Below are positions 50,165 to 64,000 of a stretch of 64,000 bases of DNA, piece by piece. Every line of letters starts with the position of its first letter. Position 1 is the stretch's first letter. The notes below the pieces were generated by a model, which saw nothing but the letters and a program-made list of their open reading frames with translations, searched no databases and was not told where the DNA came from. The stretch is from Macrostomum lignano. Taxonomy: Eukaryota. Both the position numbers and the translations under genes were made by a program. The stretch is taken from positions 1 through 64,000 of the forward strand of contig NIVC01000050.1 of the NCBI GenBank assembly GCA_002269645.1. Direction: 5' to 3'.

Positions 50165-51175
50165 GACATAATCTCAACCAATGTCACACTCTCTCAATCA
50201 ATCTCACAGTTAATCCAATCAATCTCACAGTCTCTCAATCAATCTCACAGTCTCAATCAATCTCAAAGTCTCTCAACCAATGTCACACTCTCTCAATCAA
50301 TCTCACAGTTAATCCAATCAATCTCACAGCCTATCCGATCAGTCTCACAGTCTCTCCGATCAATCTCACAGTCTCTCTGATTAACCCCACTGTATCCCAA
50401 TCATCTCACACCCATATGCGATCAATTTCGCACACTCACACTTCTGTGTGAGTGTGTGCCTGTGCGTATGACTGCGTACATATCCGCGCGCTTGTGTGTC
50501 TGCTTAGGGGAGTCGGCGGAATGGGCAGCAATAAATCTCGAAGTTTGTGTGACAATGTCGCCTATAGTGCTGGTTGCCTTTAACTAAACTAGCATTCCAA
50601 CACACTTTTAAGCTTGTGAACAATAGGGCAACAAGTACTTTAAAACAATTAATTTTTTGAAAACGAAAAAGATTATTTGATAATCAGTTAGCTATATTAT
50701 AGATTTTGTTTTATCTGATTCTGCGCAAACAAGCTTGTACACCTGTGCTCTTGCAGTTAGCTGTCCCTGATCCCACTCCCCCCATAGATCAATCTCACAG
50801 TCTCCCAATCAATCTCACAGTCTCTCAATCAATCTCACAGTCTATCCAATCAATCTCACAGTCTCTCAATCAATCTCATAGTCTCTCAACCAATGTCACA
50901 CTCTCTCAATCAATCTCACAGTTAATCCAATCAATCTCACAGTCTCAATCAATCTCAAAGTCTCTCAACCAATGTCACACTCTCTCAATCAATCTCACAG
51001 TTAATCCAATCAATCTCACAGCCTATCCGATCAGTCTCACAGTCTCTCCGATCAATCTCACAGTCTCTCTGATTAACCTCACTGTATCCCAATCATCTCA
51101 CACCCATATGCGATCAATTTCACTATCTATCCAATCAATCTCACAGTCTGTTTAGTCAATCTCATTGTCTTAATC
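50165..51175 (+). repeat. CAATCAATCTCACAGTCT satellite blocks around a unique core; 50438-50886 is duplicated at 53498-53946
   Basis: Line-by-line identity at offset 3060 with one mismatch (50787 vs 53847). Confidence 0.9.
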
Positions 51176-51924
51176 TCATAGAGTTTTAGCGAATCCTCGC
51201 TAATTAAGTGTTAATTCCATAAAGGAATGTTTTCTCTTCAGCCAGAAATTTTTTTCGAGAGAGGCCAGCCAAGCAAGTCATAAAAGCTTATAAAATATGC
51301 AAAACTAACTATGATAACAACCTTCAACCATCTGTAAGAGACTGAACAGGTCATATTCGAAAGGTAATTAGAAAAACAAAGAATGCATAGCAGCCGCTGC
51401 ACCAACAGGTGTGTTCAAAGGCATATAAGGCATAAAAGACAACTATGGCAGTCATTCGCCCTTTTGGAAAGGTTGTTTTTAACCCTCTGAAGAGAGGTCA
51501 TTACTTCATTTTCCTATCTTCCAAACTTTTCCCCTCTTGATTCACTTTCTCCCCTTGTACATCTCTCAGATCAGATTAAAGGCAGTCTGTGTATTTTTAG
51601 GCTCTTATCTTGAAGCTTTATTGTAGTTATGAATTATTATAGAAGTTCTGGATAAAACGGTCAAGTCGAATATATAATTATTGATAAAGACCTCATGGCT
51701 TGCCACTTTTAATCATTGTAAACCATTTATGCCCGCTTTGTAAATAAATACTATAGCATTAGTAAAGGTGAATTAGTTAATGAGGAGAACTAATGGGAAC
51801 CCATAAAATAGTGATCTAATTGAGTGGAAATACCGTGAACAAGAAAATTATTGTGAATAGTGAACGCGCCTGAGTATGAATGACGTGAACGTTTGATTAT
51901 GGAAATTGTGTAAATGTGTGAATG

Positions 51925-52510
51925 GGAGATAGTGTGAATCAGTGACACTGTGAAACACAGGGAATAATATGAATCAGTGACACTGTGAAACACAGGGGGA
52001 TAGTGTGAATCAGTGACACTGTGAAACACAGGGGGATAGTGTGAATCAGTGACACTGTGAAACACAGGGGGATAGTGTGAATCAGTGACACTGTGAAACA
52101 CAGGGGGATAGTGTGAATCAGTGACACTGTGAAACACAGGGGGATAGTGTGAATCAGTGACACTGTGAAACACAGGGGGATAGTGTGAATCAGTGACACT
52201 GTGAAACACAGGGGGATAGTGTGAATCAGTGACACTGTGAAACACAGGGGGATAGTGTGAATCAGTGACACTGTGAAACACAGGGGGATAGTGTGAATCA
52301 GTGACACTGTGAAACACAGGGGGATAGTGTGAATCAGTGACACTGTGAAACACAGGGGGATAGTGTGAATCAGTGACACTGTGAAACACAGGGGATAGTG
52401 TGAATCAGTGACACTGTGAAACACAGGGGGATAGTGTGAATCAGTGACACTGTGAAACACAGGGGGATAGTGTGAATCAGTGACACTGTGAAACACAGGG
52501 AATAGCGTGA
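51925..52510. repeat. 36-bp minisatellite (GTGAATCAGTGACACTGTGAAACACAGGGGGATAGT), ~16 copies
   Basis: Direct inspection. Confidence 0.95.
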
Positions 52511-53184
52511 ATGGAGTGAAGTATGTGAAACAGAGAAGAACGTTTCATTGCATGTGTGGAGCTATATTTAGTGTGACACAGCACACTGCAGCTCAGAGAC
52601 AAGGGCGCCACAAGCCAACCAAAACCAAATTTAGCGGTTTCATTTGAAAACAAAATTATGAGATTTCATAACGCTGAGTGCATCTATACAAAACATTTTC
52701 AATTCATTCTTCTGGTTTCAGAAAAAGTGAATTAATCCTTTTAGTTGAAGCAATTTAATATTGGCCATAATTTCATCAGCGAAATTGACAGACAGACAGA
52801 CAGACAGACAGACAGAGACTGGTTGACAGAACTTTCCAATTTAAAATAATAATTAATCGCCTAACCGAATTCAGCTGTCAAAGAGTTCAACACGAGTCGC
52901 CCTCCTCAATTTCGAAAGAGCTGACTCAAAGAGTTTTAATTAGCATTTTTTTCAAGTGGCTTTCGTATCACCTGCTGGTAGAGAGGGAAATGAAGAGATG
53001 TTTCAAGCCAATGGTCGAGTTGCTAAGGCTTCGGTTGAGCTAATTAGGGAGGTCGGCCAGGAGGACTCAGAATTTTTGCGGCTGCCTTTGCTGTCATGTC
53101 ATCAGCGGCTTGGATTAAAAAGGTTATTTTCTGCTGCTATTGATGAGACTTATAGCCTCCATTTCACTCTGGTTGGAGGTGAGA

Positions 53185-53480
53185 TTTTGAGATTTTGAGA
53201 TTTTGAAGCCTCAATCTCACTCTGGTCAGGTGAGATTTTGAGGTTTTGAAGCCTCCATCTCACTCTGGTCAGGTGAGATTTTGAGGTTTTGAAGCCTCCA
53301 TCTCCCTCTGGTCAGGTGAGATTTTGAGATTTTGAGGTTTTGAAGCCTCCATCTCCCTCTGGTCAGAGGTGAGATTTTGAGATTTTGAAGCCCCCATCTC
53401 CCTCTGGTCAGGTGAGATTTTGAGATTTTGAAGCCTCCATCTCCCTCTGGTCAGGTGAGATTATGAGATTTTAAGATTTT
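53185..53480. repeat. Degenerate ~40-50 bp array (CTCTGGTCAGGTGAGATTTTGAG…)
   Basis: Direct inspection. Confidence 0.85.
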
Positions 53481-53946
53481 TAAGCCTCTATGGACTTACA
53501 CTTCTGTGTGAGTGTGTGCCTGTGCGTATGACTGCGTACATATCCGCGCGCTTGTGTGTCTGCTTAGGGGAGTCGGCGGAATGGGCAGCAATAAATCTCG
53601 AAGTTTGTGTGACAATGTCGCCTATAGTGCTGGTTGCCTTTAACTAAACTAGCATTCCAACACACTTTTAAGCTTGTGAACAATAGGGCAACAAGTACTT
53701 TAAAACAATTAATTTTTTGAAAACGAAAAAGATTATTTGATAATCAGTTAGCTATATTATAGATTTTGTTTTATCTGATTCTGCGCAAACAAGCTTGTAC
53801 ACCTGTGCTCTTGCAGTTAGCTGTCCCTGATCCCACTCCCCCCATACATCAATCTCACAGTCTCCCAATCAATCTCACAGTCTCTCAATCAATCTCACAG
53901 TCTATCCAATCAATCTCACAGTCTCTCAATCAATCTCATAGTCTCT

Positions 53947-54850
53947 AGATTGATTGGGAGACTGTGAGATTGATTGGATAGACTGTGAGATTGATTGGAT
54001 AGACTGTGAGATTGATTGAGAGACTGTGAGATTGAGCAGAGAGACTGTGAGATTGAGCAGAGAGACTGTGAGATTGAGCAGAGAGACTGTGAGATTGAGC
54101 AGAGAGACTGTGAGATTGATTGGATAGACTGTGAGATTGATTGGATAGACTGTGAGATTGATTGGATAGACTGTGAGATTGATTGGATAGACTGTGAGAT
54201 TGATTAGATAGACTGTGAGATTGATTGGATAGACTGTGAGATTGATTGAGAGACTGTGAGATTGAGCAGAGAGACTGTGAGATTGAGCAGAGAGACTGTG
54301 AGATTGAGCAGAGAGACTGTGAGATTGATTGAGAGACTGTGAGATTGAGCAGAGAGACTGTGAGATTGAGCAGAGAGACTGTGAGATTGAGCAGAGAGAC
54401 TGTGAGATTGAGCAGAGAGACTGTGAGATTGAGCAGAGAGACTGTGATATTGAGCAGAGAGACTGTGAGATTGAGCAGAGAGACTGTGAGATTGAGCAGA
54501 GAGACTGTGAGATTGAGCAGAGAGACTGTGAGATTGAGCAGAGAGACTGTGAGATTGATCGGAGAGACTGTGAGATTGATTGGAGAGACTGTGAGATTGA
54601 TCGGAGAGACTGTGAGATTGATCGGAGAGACTGTGAGATTGATCGGAGAGACTGTGAGATTGATCGGAGAGACTGTGATGTTAATCGGAGAGACTGTGAG
54701 ATTGATTTGATAGACGGTGAGATTGATCGGAGAGACTGTGGGATTGATTGGGGAGACTGTGAGATTGATCGGAGAGACTGTGAGATTGATCGGAGAGACT
54801 GTGAGGTTAATCGGAGAGACTGTGAGATTGATTTGATAGACGGTGAGATG
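53947..54850 (-). repeat. 21-bp CAATCTCACAGTCT-family satellite in inverted orientation
   Basis: Reverse complement of the array that ends at 53946. Confidence 0.92.
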
Positions 54851-55269
54851 GTGTAACAGGTGCACATTGTAAGATAGTGAAGAGCAAATCGCAAAATACG
54901 CTCGTAAGAGTAAATCACAATCTATTCACAGTTAATTGCGCCATTTTTGTAGCGTCTTAGTAGCAAAGAATTGAATAGAAATTTCGCAACAAGTTTTTTT
55001 CGATCAATTAATAGAATGTAGCAGTTAATTTTAATTTCAAGAAAAGCCAACAATTTCAATTGACTGTATCTCGAATACATGCTAACCGATTTCTTCAGTG
55101 AAAGAAATTTGATTTCCCTGATTGCGCAGCATCACCTTTTAAGACAGATTAAAGGAATTTGAAAATTGTGAAGAAATTTATTAGTTGCAAAGCCATAATT
55201 AAGTTTATTATGGTCTTTACTTGAGGTTTGGATGCTGAGATCTGTGCTTTGATGCAAGATAAGGAAAAG

Positions 55270-55855
55270 AGACAACCAGGGACAAGAGATAAGAGACAAC
55301 CAGAGACAACAAGAGGCAACCAGAGACAACCAGAGACAACCAGAGACAACCAGAGACTACAAGAGGCAACCAGAGACAACCAGTGACAACTTGAGACAAC
55401 CAGAGTCAAGAGACAACCAGAGACAACCAGAGACAACCAGAGGCAACCAGAGACAACCAGAGGCAACCAGAGACAACCAGAGACAACCAGAGACAACCAG
55501 AGACAACCAGAGACAACCAGAGACAACCAGAGACAACCAGAGGCAATCAGAGACAACCAGAAGCAACAAGAACAAGAGACAACCAGAGACAACCAGAGGC
55601 AACCAGAGGCAACCAGAGACAACCAGAGGCAACCAGAGACAACCAGAGACAACCAGAGACAACCAGAGACAACCAGAGACAACCAGAGGCAACCAGAGAC
55701 AACCAGAGACAACCAGAGACAACCAGAGACAACCAGAGACAACCAGAGGCAATCAGAGACAACCAGAAGCAACAAGAACAAGAGACAACCAGAGACAACC
55801 AGAGGCAATCAGAGACAACCAGAAGCAACAAGAACAAGAGACAACCAGAGACAAG
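55270..55855. repeat. 10-bp minisatellite (AGACAACCAG)
   Basis: Direct inspection. Confidence 0.95.
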
Positions 55856-56338
55856 AGGCCACCAAAAATGGACTGCACAATCGAGCAGAACGCGGTCTTA
55901 TCAGGTGAACTACCAGAAGAAGGCTGCTTCATACACAGAGGCATTGCTAAATACGGCCAAAAGAGAGAAGTTCGAACTTACTGACCAAACAAAAAGAATG
56001 AAAAATGAACCAGAATTGATAAAAGTAGACATAATGGTTGGAGCAGCCACGCCGCTACGAACTCGAGAGAAAAGTTGCCGTCATTTTACATTGCCTGCTT
56101 GGCGCCAGACACCTGGAGTGCGCCCACTTCCCGACTTCGAGTGCCGCCCCCCCCCCCCCCCGGTCGTTGCGCTGTCGAATTTTCGCTAAAAAAAGGCTTG
56201 GAAGATTCGAAGTAACGAGACTTGGGAGGGGAAGAGAAAGAGACGCAACGAGGCGGGCGAAACAGTTTGGCCCCATCATTTATCGCGCATGCAGGTTCAA
56301 GGTCGAATTATCTCTCTTGGGAAGCTGCGGCGGCAGCT

Positions 56339-57737
<1,399 letters not shown>

Positions 57738-58964
57738 GCATGCATGCTGCAGCTCCTCATACTGCCAAGGAATCAAATGCTTGATGCCATGCTTAAAAAC
57801 CGTCAAGAACAGCTTTTCGACGGCAGGCAGCTTTCCAAACCAGGCATCTTGGTGCGGTGTGGGGGTGGCCTTCCATCTCCCGACCAGGCGGGTGGGGGCT
57901 TGTCTTATTCCCCTCTCCATCAAGATACCAAACTGCGGTGGGCTGCATCCACGCAGACGAGGGATATCAGCATGTGTGCCCGCGTACGGATATGTTTGTG
58001 TGCGCATCACCCAGCGTTCCATTTCTCTCCTCTCCTCCCTCCCTGTTTTGCATTCTCGCAGCGCGTTGGACCGATCCAGTTTTATCCAAAAATCGCCAAT
58101 GCCCGTGCTTGAATAAATTGCAATTCTATCTCGGGGGCGGCGGCTTAGGCAGCCTCTGTCCCTCTCCAGCTTCCCCTCCCCATCATCAGCATCATCTGAG
58201 AAGTTGCCGCTCGACTTTGACTTGCCTAGCCTATATAGCCTCGCGTTGGTTATTTTTTTATTGTAAATTCGACAAGCCAAAGGCGGAGATGATCGCGGGA
58301 CAGGAGGGGAGGCCCTGGGATAAGAGGAGGCTGAGATGCTCGATGGATAGAACGAGAGCGGGCTGGGATTAGGGATCTAGATGCGTGTGATGGGGTGTCC
58401 GAGAGGAGCCTGCATCAGACTCCCATCTCCCTCTCACTCTCGCTCGCATCGCTCTCAGCAGCTCCTTGGGGCCATTACGGGATGAGGGCAGTTGAGTTCT
58501 GCACCGACTACGCTGTGGCGGCAGCAGCGGTGGCCACTTTTATCCCAGCGGCCGACCCACGAGGCCCCCGGGGCCACTTTGCTGCTTCCAGCGTCCTCCT
58601 GCCCCATCTCCACTCCCCTTAATTCTAGCTCAGCCTCCGTGGCTCTCTCCCTCCCTCTATCAGCTCTTCTCTTCTCTAGGGTGCTCATTTATTTAACGTC
58701 AAAATTGCCTTTACTCTACACCATCCCATCTCTCAGGGCTCATCTCATAGCGCCCAGTTCTTTTGAGGCTACTCCTCCTCCTCCATCTCTCTCCATCGCT
58801 GCGGACTTCTCACTTTTTGGACTCAACTCTTTTTCTAACGTGGGTGGTTTCAGTGCCTATCAGTTCGACTCGGCTGACTTTGTTATAGTTTGTCCTATGC
58901 ATGCAGTTTGCGGGGAGACCGCCGACTAGAGCTGGGTCTGGATTCATGCACTCGGCGGGGATCG

Positions 58965-59405
58965 GCTGGGCGCGCCAAACATGGAATTCGGGGGCGCCAA
59001 ACTGGGAATTCGGGGGGCGCCAAACTGTGAATTGAGGGGGCGCCAAACTGTGAATTGAGAAGGCGCCAAACTTCGAATTAAGGGGGCGCCAAACTGTGTA
59101 TTGAGGGGGCGCCAAACTGTGAATTGAGGGGGCGCCAAACTGGGGATTGAGGGGGCGCCAAACTGTGAATTGAGGGGGCGCCAAACTGGGAATTGAGGGG
59201 GCGCCAAACTGGGAATTGAGGGGGCGCCAAACTTCGAATTGAGGGGGCGCCAAACTGGGAATCGGGGGGCGACAAACTGGGAATTCGGGGGTGGGCGCCA
59301 AACTGAGATCTGGTGAGGGCGCCAAACTGGGAACTGAGGGGGCGCCAAACTGGGAATTGTGGGGGCGCCAAACTTCGAATTGAGGGGGCGCCAAACTGGG
59401 AATCG
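58965..59405. repeat. ~24-bp G-rich minisatellite (GGGGGCGCCAAACTGTGAATTGA)
   Basis: Direct inspection. Confidence 0.92.
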
Positions 59406-60604
59406 GGTGGGGGCGCTTATTTAAGCAACTCAACTCAAGCTTAGTATATAAGTAACTCTGAGTAACTCAGTCGCCAACTCTGAGTAACTCAGGCGCCAAT
59501 TCTGAGTAACTCAGGTGCCAATTCTGAGTAACTGAGTCTTCAGCAGCTCAAACTGCATTGAAATTCTCCCAAAACTACTCCTAATCCAGCAGCAAAAAAG
59601 TACTTCCACTTGGGCGCTTGAAGCGTCACTTTTTCTATTGGATTGCCACTTGAAAATTTTTAATTAACGTGCTTAACACTTATGGCGATCCCACTCAATA
59701 TTATAATAGCGCTGATCTTTTCTTAACATGGATCCTTGACAAAAGAATTGGGCTCATTATGAGCTCACGCGCGCACAGTGTTGTCAATGGAGGGAGGCTA
59801 GGGAGAGAGAGAGAGAGAGGGGGCTGGATGGATGGGGATTGTTCGCACCCCACCCCCGGTGCGTCTCCAAGCGGACTAAAAAAGAAGATTCAAAATAAGG
59901 GGGGCGCAACTCTATACCAAGGAGACCCCAGACTAAGAAACTGGATTTACAACTACATGTTATTACTCCATCTGTAGGCTGATGCAGGCTCACCGCAGAG
60001 CATCCCACCCATTCCACTGACTTCCGAGCACATGCATGTACAAGCGCACCAATACTGTACTTTTACTGCGGATCTGACTTTCTAATCATTTCTCTGTGAC
60101 TTGGAGGCTGGCTAAGTAACTCACGGGTGTGAATCACACACGTCAAACAATCAGAAATAATACAATCAGCCTACAATGGCGTCTGTTAGTTAGGCGGTTT
60201 TGCTGTTAGAGTCCAGCATCTGGGTGTCCGGGTTGTTATTAAATGCTTACGATTTATTTTAAGCGGTACTCAAAAGCATTCATTTAAGACGCCGATAGTT
60301 ATGGCTCAGGCAGTTAATGTACCCGCGAAGGCTTTAAAAAACCATTTTAAAAGCAACGACCATCTTTGTGGCGGAGCGGTCGGGTTATAATTATGAAGTG
60401 ATGTGAATTGTAGGTGTTCTCACAGCTAACTATTAAAGTCTGTTTCTTAACTACCCGCATTGTTATTTTTGTCATAATGGTTGAAATATTGAGACATTCC
60501 TTTAGGTTAAAGTTTATTCATTTTTTTATTGCCGCGTATTGCGATTCAAAAAAGTTTTTTTTAGTTTAAGCCATTTCCAAGTTACTAAATTATGAAAAAC
60601 TTAA

Positions 60605-61390
60605 GTTGTTGCTAAGTGGATTGAGAGTTGTTGCTAAGTGGATTGAGAGTTGTTGCTAAATGGATTGGGAGTTGTTGCTAAGTGGATTGAGAGTTGTTGC
60701 TAAGTAGATTGAGAGTTGTTGCTAAGTAGATTGGGAGTTGTTGCTAAGTAGATTGGGAGTTGTTGCTAAGTAGATTGAGAGTTGTTGCTAAGTGGATTGG
60801 GAGTTGTTGTTGCTAAGTGGATTGGGAGTTGTTGTTGCTAAGTGGATTGAGAGTTGTTGCTAAGTAGATTGAGAGTTGTTGCTAAGTAGATTGTGAGTTG
60901 TTGTTGATAAGTGGATTGAGAGTTGTTGCTAAGTAGATTGAGAGTTGTTGCTTAGTGGATTGAGAGTTGTTGCTAAGTAGATTGAGAGTTGTTGCTAAGT
61001 GGATTGAGAGTTGTTGCTAAGTGGATTGAGAGTTGTTGCTAAATGGATTGGGAGTTGTTGCTAAGTGGATTGAGAGTTGTTGCTAAGTAGATTGAGAGTT
61101 GTTGCTTTTGAGTTGTTGTTGCTTAGTGGATTGGGAGTTGTTGTTGCTAAGTGGATTGGGAGTTGTTGCTAAGTGGATTGGGAGTTGTTGCTAAGTGGAT
61201 TGGGAGTTGTTGTTGCTTAGTGGATTGGGAGTTGTTGTTGATAAGTGGATTGAGAGTTGTTGTTGATAAGTGGATTGGGAGTTGTTGTTGCTTAGTGGAT
61301 TGGGAGTTGTTGTTGCTAAGTGGATTGGGAGTTGTTGTTGCTTAGTGGATTGGGAGTTGTTGTTGCTGAGTGGATTGGGAGTTGTTGCTA
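60605..61390. repeat. 22-25 bp minisatellite (GATTGAGAGTTGTTGCTAAGTG)
   Basis: Direct inspection. Confidence 0.95.
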
Positions 61391-61864
61391 AAGAATTTTT
61401 AAAGATAATCTTACCCAAAAGTGAATGAAATTGCTCTAAAAGTTCTCTGCCTTTGTGTATCATTAACAGGTAAGCAAGTTCCCATTTGTGCCGTAGTAAA
61501 TCAATAAAGAAATTCTAGTAATTCTAGTGTCGAAATAGCAGCATAAATTTGTCCAATCGATTTACACTAAACAATGTTTCTCTAAGTCGTTTGTGAAAGT
61601 CTAACTAACTGACTTTAAAGGTTATTGAACACTTACCAAGTCAGATAATGTTTAATAAGTAAGTTAAGTCGGGACAGATACTCTGGATTAAGTTGACAAC
61701 AGCAGGTAGCACTTTGCCGGATCGACCGCTCGACCATTTAATTGTTTATTTTTTCGAGCCTGTGGTCTGCTCGGCTGAAATATCAACGTGGGTTGATTTT
61801 ATTTGTATGATGCATTGCTGCTTAGGCTGTTATGATTGATAGTTTTTTGGGGTCAGTGTGTGCG

Positions 61865-62220
61865 GCTTTTTACCGCCTAATGTACATGGGTGTGAGAAAG
61901 GCGTGCGTGGCTTTTATTACCGCCTAATGTACATGGGTGTGAGAAAGGCATGCATGGCTTTTATTACCGCCTAATGTACATGGGTGTGAGAGAGGCGTGC
62001 GTGGCTTTTATTACCGCTAATATACATGGGTGTGAGAGAGGCGTGCGTGGCTTTTATTACCGACTAATGTACATGGGTGTGAGACAGGCGTGCGTGGCTT
62101 TTATTACCGCTAATATACATGGGTGTGAGAGAGGCGTGCGTGGCTTTTATTACCGACTAATGTACATGGGTGTGAGAGAGGCGTGCGTGGCTTTTATTAC
62201 TGCCTAATGTACATGGGTCA
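61865..62220. repeat. 46-47 bp minisatellite
   Basis: Period of 47 at 61874, 61921 and 61968. Confidence 0.92.
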
Positions 62221-62884
62221 GAGAAGGTTATCAATGCCCCGCGGAGTGTGCTGAATGCCATACTCGCACAGAGTGCAAACAAGCCATCTAGATCGGGCAT
62301 GAATTTTTACTTTATCTTATTTCTCAGGAAAACAAGCAAGCAGCAAGCCAGTCAGGTCAGTTCTCAGCCACAAATTCTTTTCCTCACTCATCTGGCTGCG
62401 TCTCAATTCCCTCCTCTCTCTCTCATCTCTCTCATCTCTCCCAGTCGCCCGACCCCTCCCATTTTGCTTCATCCGGCCTGGCGACTCATCAAGTTCGGAC
62501 GACTCAACCAACGTGTTTTGATGGAATTAGGCGGCCTAGGTCTCCGGGCCTCGTTAGAAGGGAAGAAAAGGAAGAAGCAGACGCGAGAGCCAAGCCGAAA
62601 CTTCGCTGGCTCCCTGCCGAACTGTCCACCCCTCCGAGCCTTGCGCGCCAAATGCGACTTTGGCGGCGGCAGCTACGCGCCTCTGTCTTCTTCTTTTTCT
62701 CTCCTCTACGGCCTGAAAACTCTTCTGCTCCTCTCTGTGAGGCCTGTGCCGACAGGCCCCATTACACCATTCATCCTTGTACGAGGGAAAATGACACACA
62801 TTCCTCAATGCCATGGCTTTGTGGGGGCCTGTAAAGGGGCCTGCTGTCCACTTTTCTGGTTTTGACCATGGGATCCTAGGCTGA

Positions 62885-63335
62885 TTCACTCACTCACTCA
62901 CTTGTTCACTCACTCACTCAGTCATCTGTTCACTCACCAACTTTCTCACTTGTTGAATCACTCAATCATCTGTTCACTCACCAACTTTCTCACTTGTTGA
63001 ATCACTCAGTCATCTGTTCACTCACCAACTTTCTCACTTGTTGAATCACTCAGTCATCTGTTCACTCACCAACTTTCTCACTTGTTGAATCACTCAATCA
63101 TCTGTTCACTCACCAACTTTCTCTCTTGTTGAATCACTCAGTCATCTGTTCACTCACCAACTTTCTCTCTTGTTGAATCACTCAGTCATCTGTTCACTCA
63201 CCAACTTTCTCTCTTGTTGAATCACTCAGTCATCTGTTCACTCACCAACTTTCTCTCTTGTTGAATCACTCAGTCATCTGTTCACTCACCAACTTTCTCT
63301 CTCACTCACTTGCTCATTCACACACTCACTCACTC
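62885..63335. repeat. 44-bp minisatellite (TCACTCAGTCATCTGTTCACTCACCAACTTTCTCACTTGTTGAA)
   Basis: Period of 44 at 62921 and 62965. Confidence 0.92.
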
Positions 63336-64000
63336 ACTCACAAAAGCGGATGCAAACGTTTTCTCCAGAAAAATCCAAATGCTGTTCAACAATAGCAAAA
63401 AAGGCAGAAATTGCGCGCAAAAGTTTCGGCATAAACAAAGCGGCTTATTGGCTTTCAAGTCTGTTTTAGAGGGCAAAATTTCTTATTTTTCCAACAGAAG
63501 CCAAACTATCCAGCGAATGGCGTTCATATTGTCAGAGAGGTTGATACGAAGTTTCGCAATACTGCAGCTACAGTAATCACCCGTCTGTACAATTTTTTGT
63601 TTGAGTAAACAATTATAAAATTATAGAAATTCTGTTGCAATGAATTTATCTGATCATTTTTTCAGATTCTGAATTTTTTATTTTCCGTCTTTCAGCTATT
63701 TTTGCAGACTAAACTGTCTATCGTAATTTTTTTCTGTAGCTTTGGTAATCTCTTTAAGAGATAATTTCGAAAGTGTGTTGACTATTGAAAAGTACTTTGT
63801 AATGGAAGGTTGCTGAAGCAATGGCAGTTGAAGGGATGAAGTGTTGATTGGGGAATCGAAAAATCTGGGGTAGATGGGAGATGAGAGGTAAAATGGAAAG
63901 CAGGTGGGAGATGAGAGGGAAATTAGGGAGTAGTAGGGAGATAAGAGGAAGACTGGAAAGTAGATGGGAGATGAGAGGGAGATTAGGAAGTTGAATGGGA

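Noticed and set aside
51540-51900. Stop-interrupted, protein-like + strand frame (possible decayed ORF)
   Set aside because: No recognisable motif, CpG is not depleted, and it cannot be distinguished from random AT-rich sequence without a search.
57740-58930. Cluster of medium ORFs on both strands after the GATA array
   Set aside because: No consistent splice or phase structure and no known motifs; it may be UTR or regulatory DNA upstream of the mAChR gene.

Overview
Eukaryotic (metazoan) genomic DNA with spliced genes and a very high density of micro- and minisatellites. The style (poly-Q/A/H tracts, short satellite-filled introns) suggests a flatworm such as Macrostomum; this is inference only. 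Six protein-coding genes were reconstructed by hand from splice sites and reading phase: (1) a CCDC142-like gene on the minus strand, at least 7 exons, with an apparent 1-bp deletion; (2) proteasome beta-1 (PSMB6), 2 exons; (3) a type-I membrane protein with an Ig-like region and a Cys-rich ephrin-receptor-like module, ZPBP-like in layout; (4) a START-domain lipid-transfer protein; (5) an uncharacterised poly-Q/A protein with a beta-rich domain; (6) a B-type muscarinic acetylcholine receptor. Mobile elements: a very young Ty3/Gypsy LTR retrotransposon (20641-25224), a tRNA-derived CORE-like SINE whose head is tandemly amplified, and two MITE/fold-back elements. The most unusual observations are a sharply bounded 1.7-kb tract with a single CpG, a fold-back element in front of PSMB6, a 449-bp duplication ending in a satellite inversion, and splice acceptors sitting directly before several start codons. 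No CRISPR array, rRNA gene or intact tRNA gene was seen. Most long ORFs in the supplied track are satellite translations. Family assignments come from recalled motifs, not from database searches.
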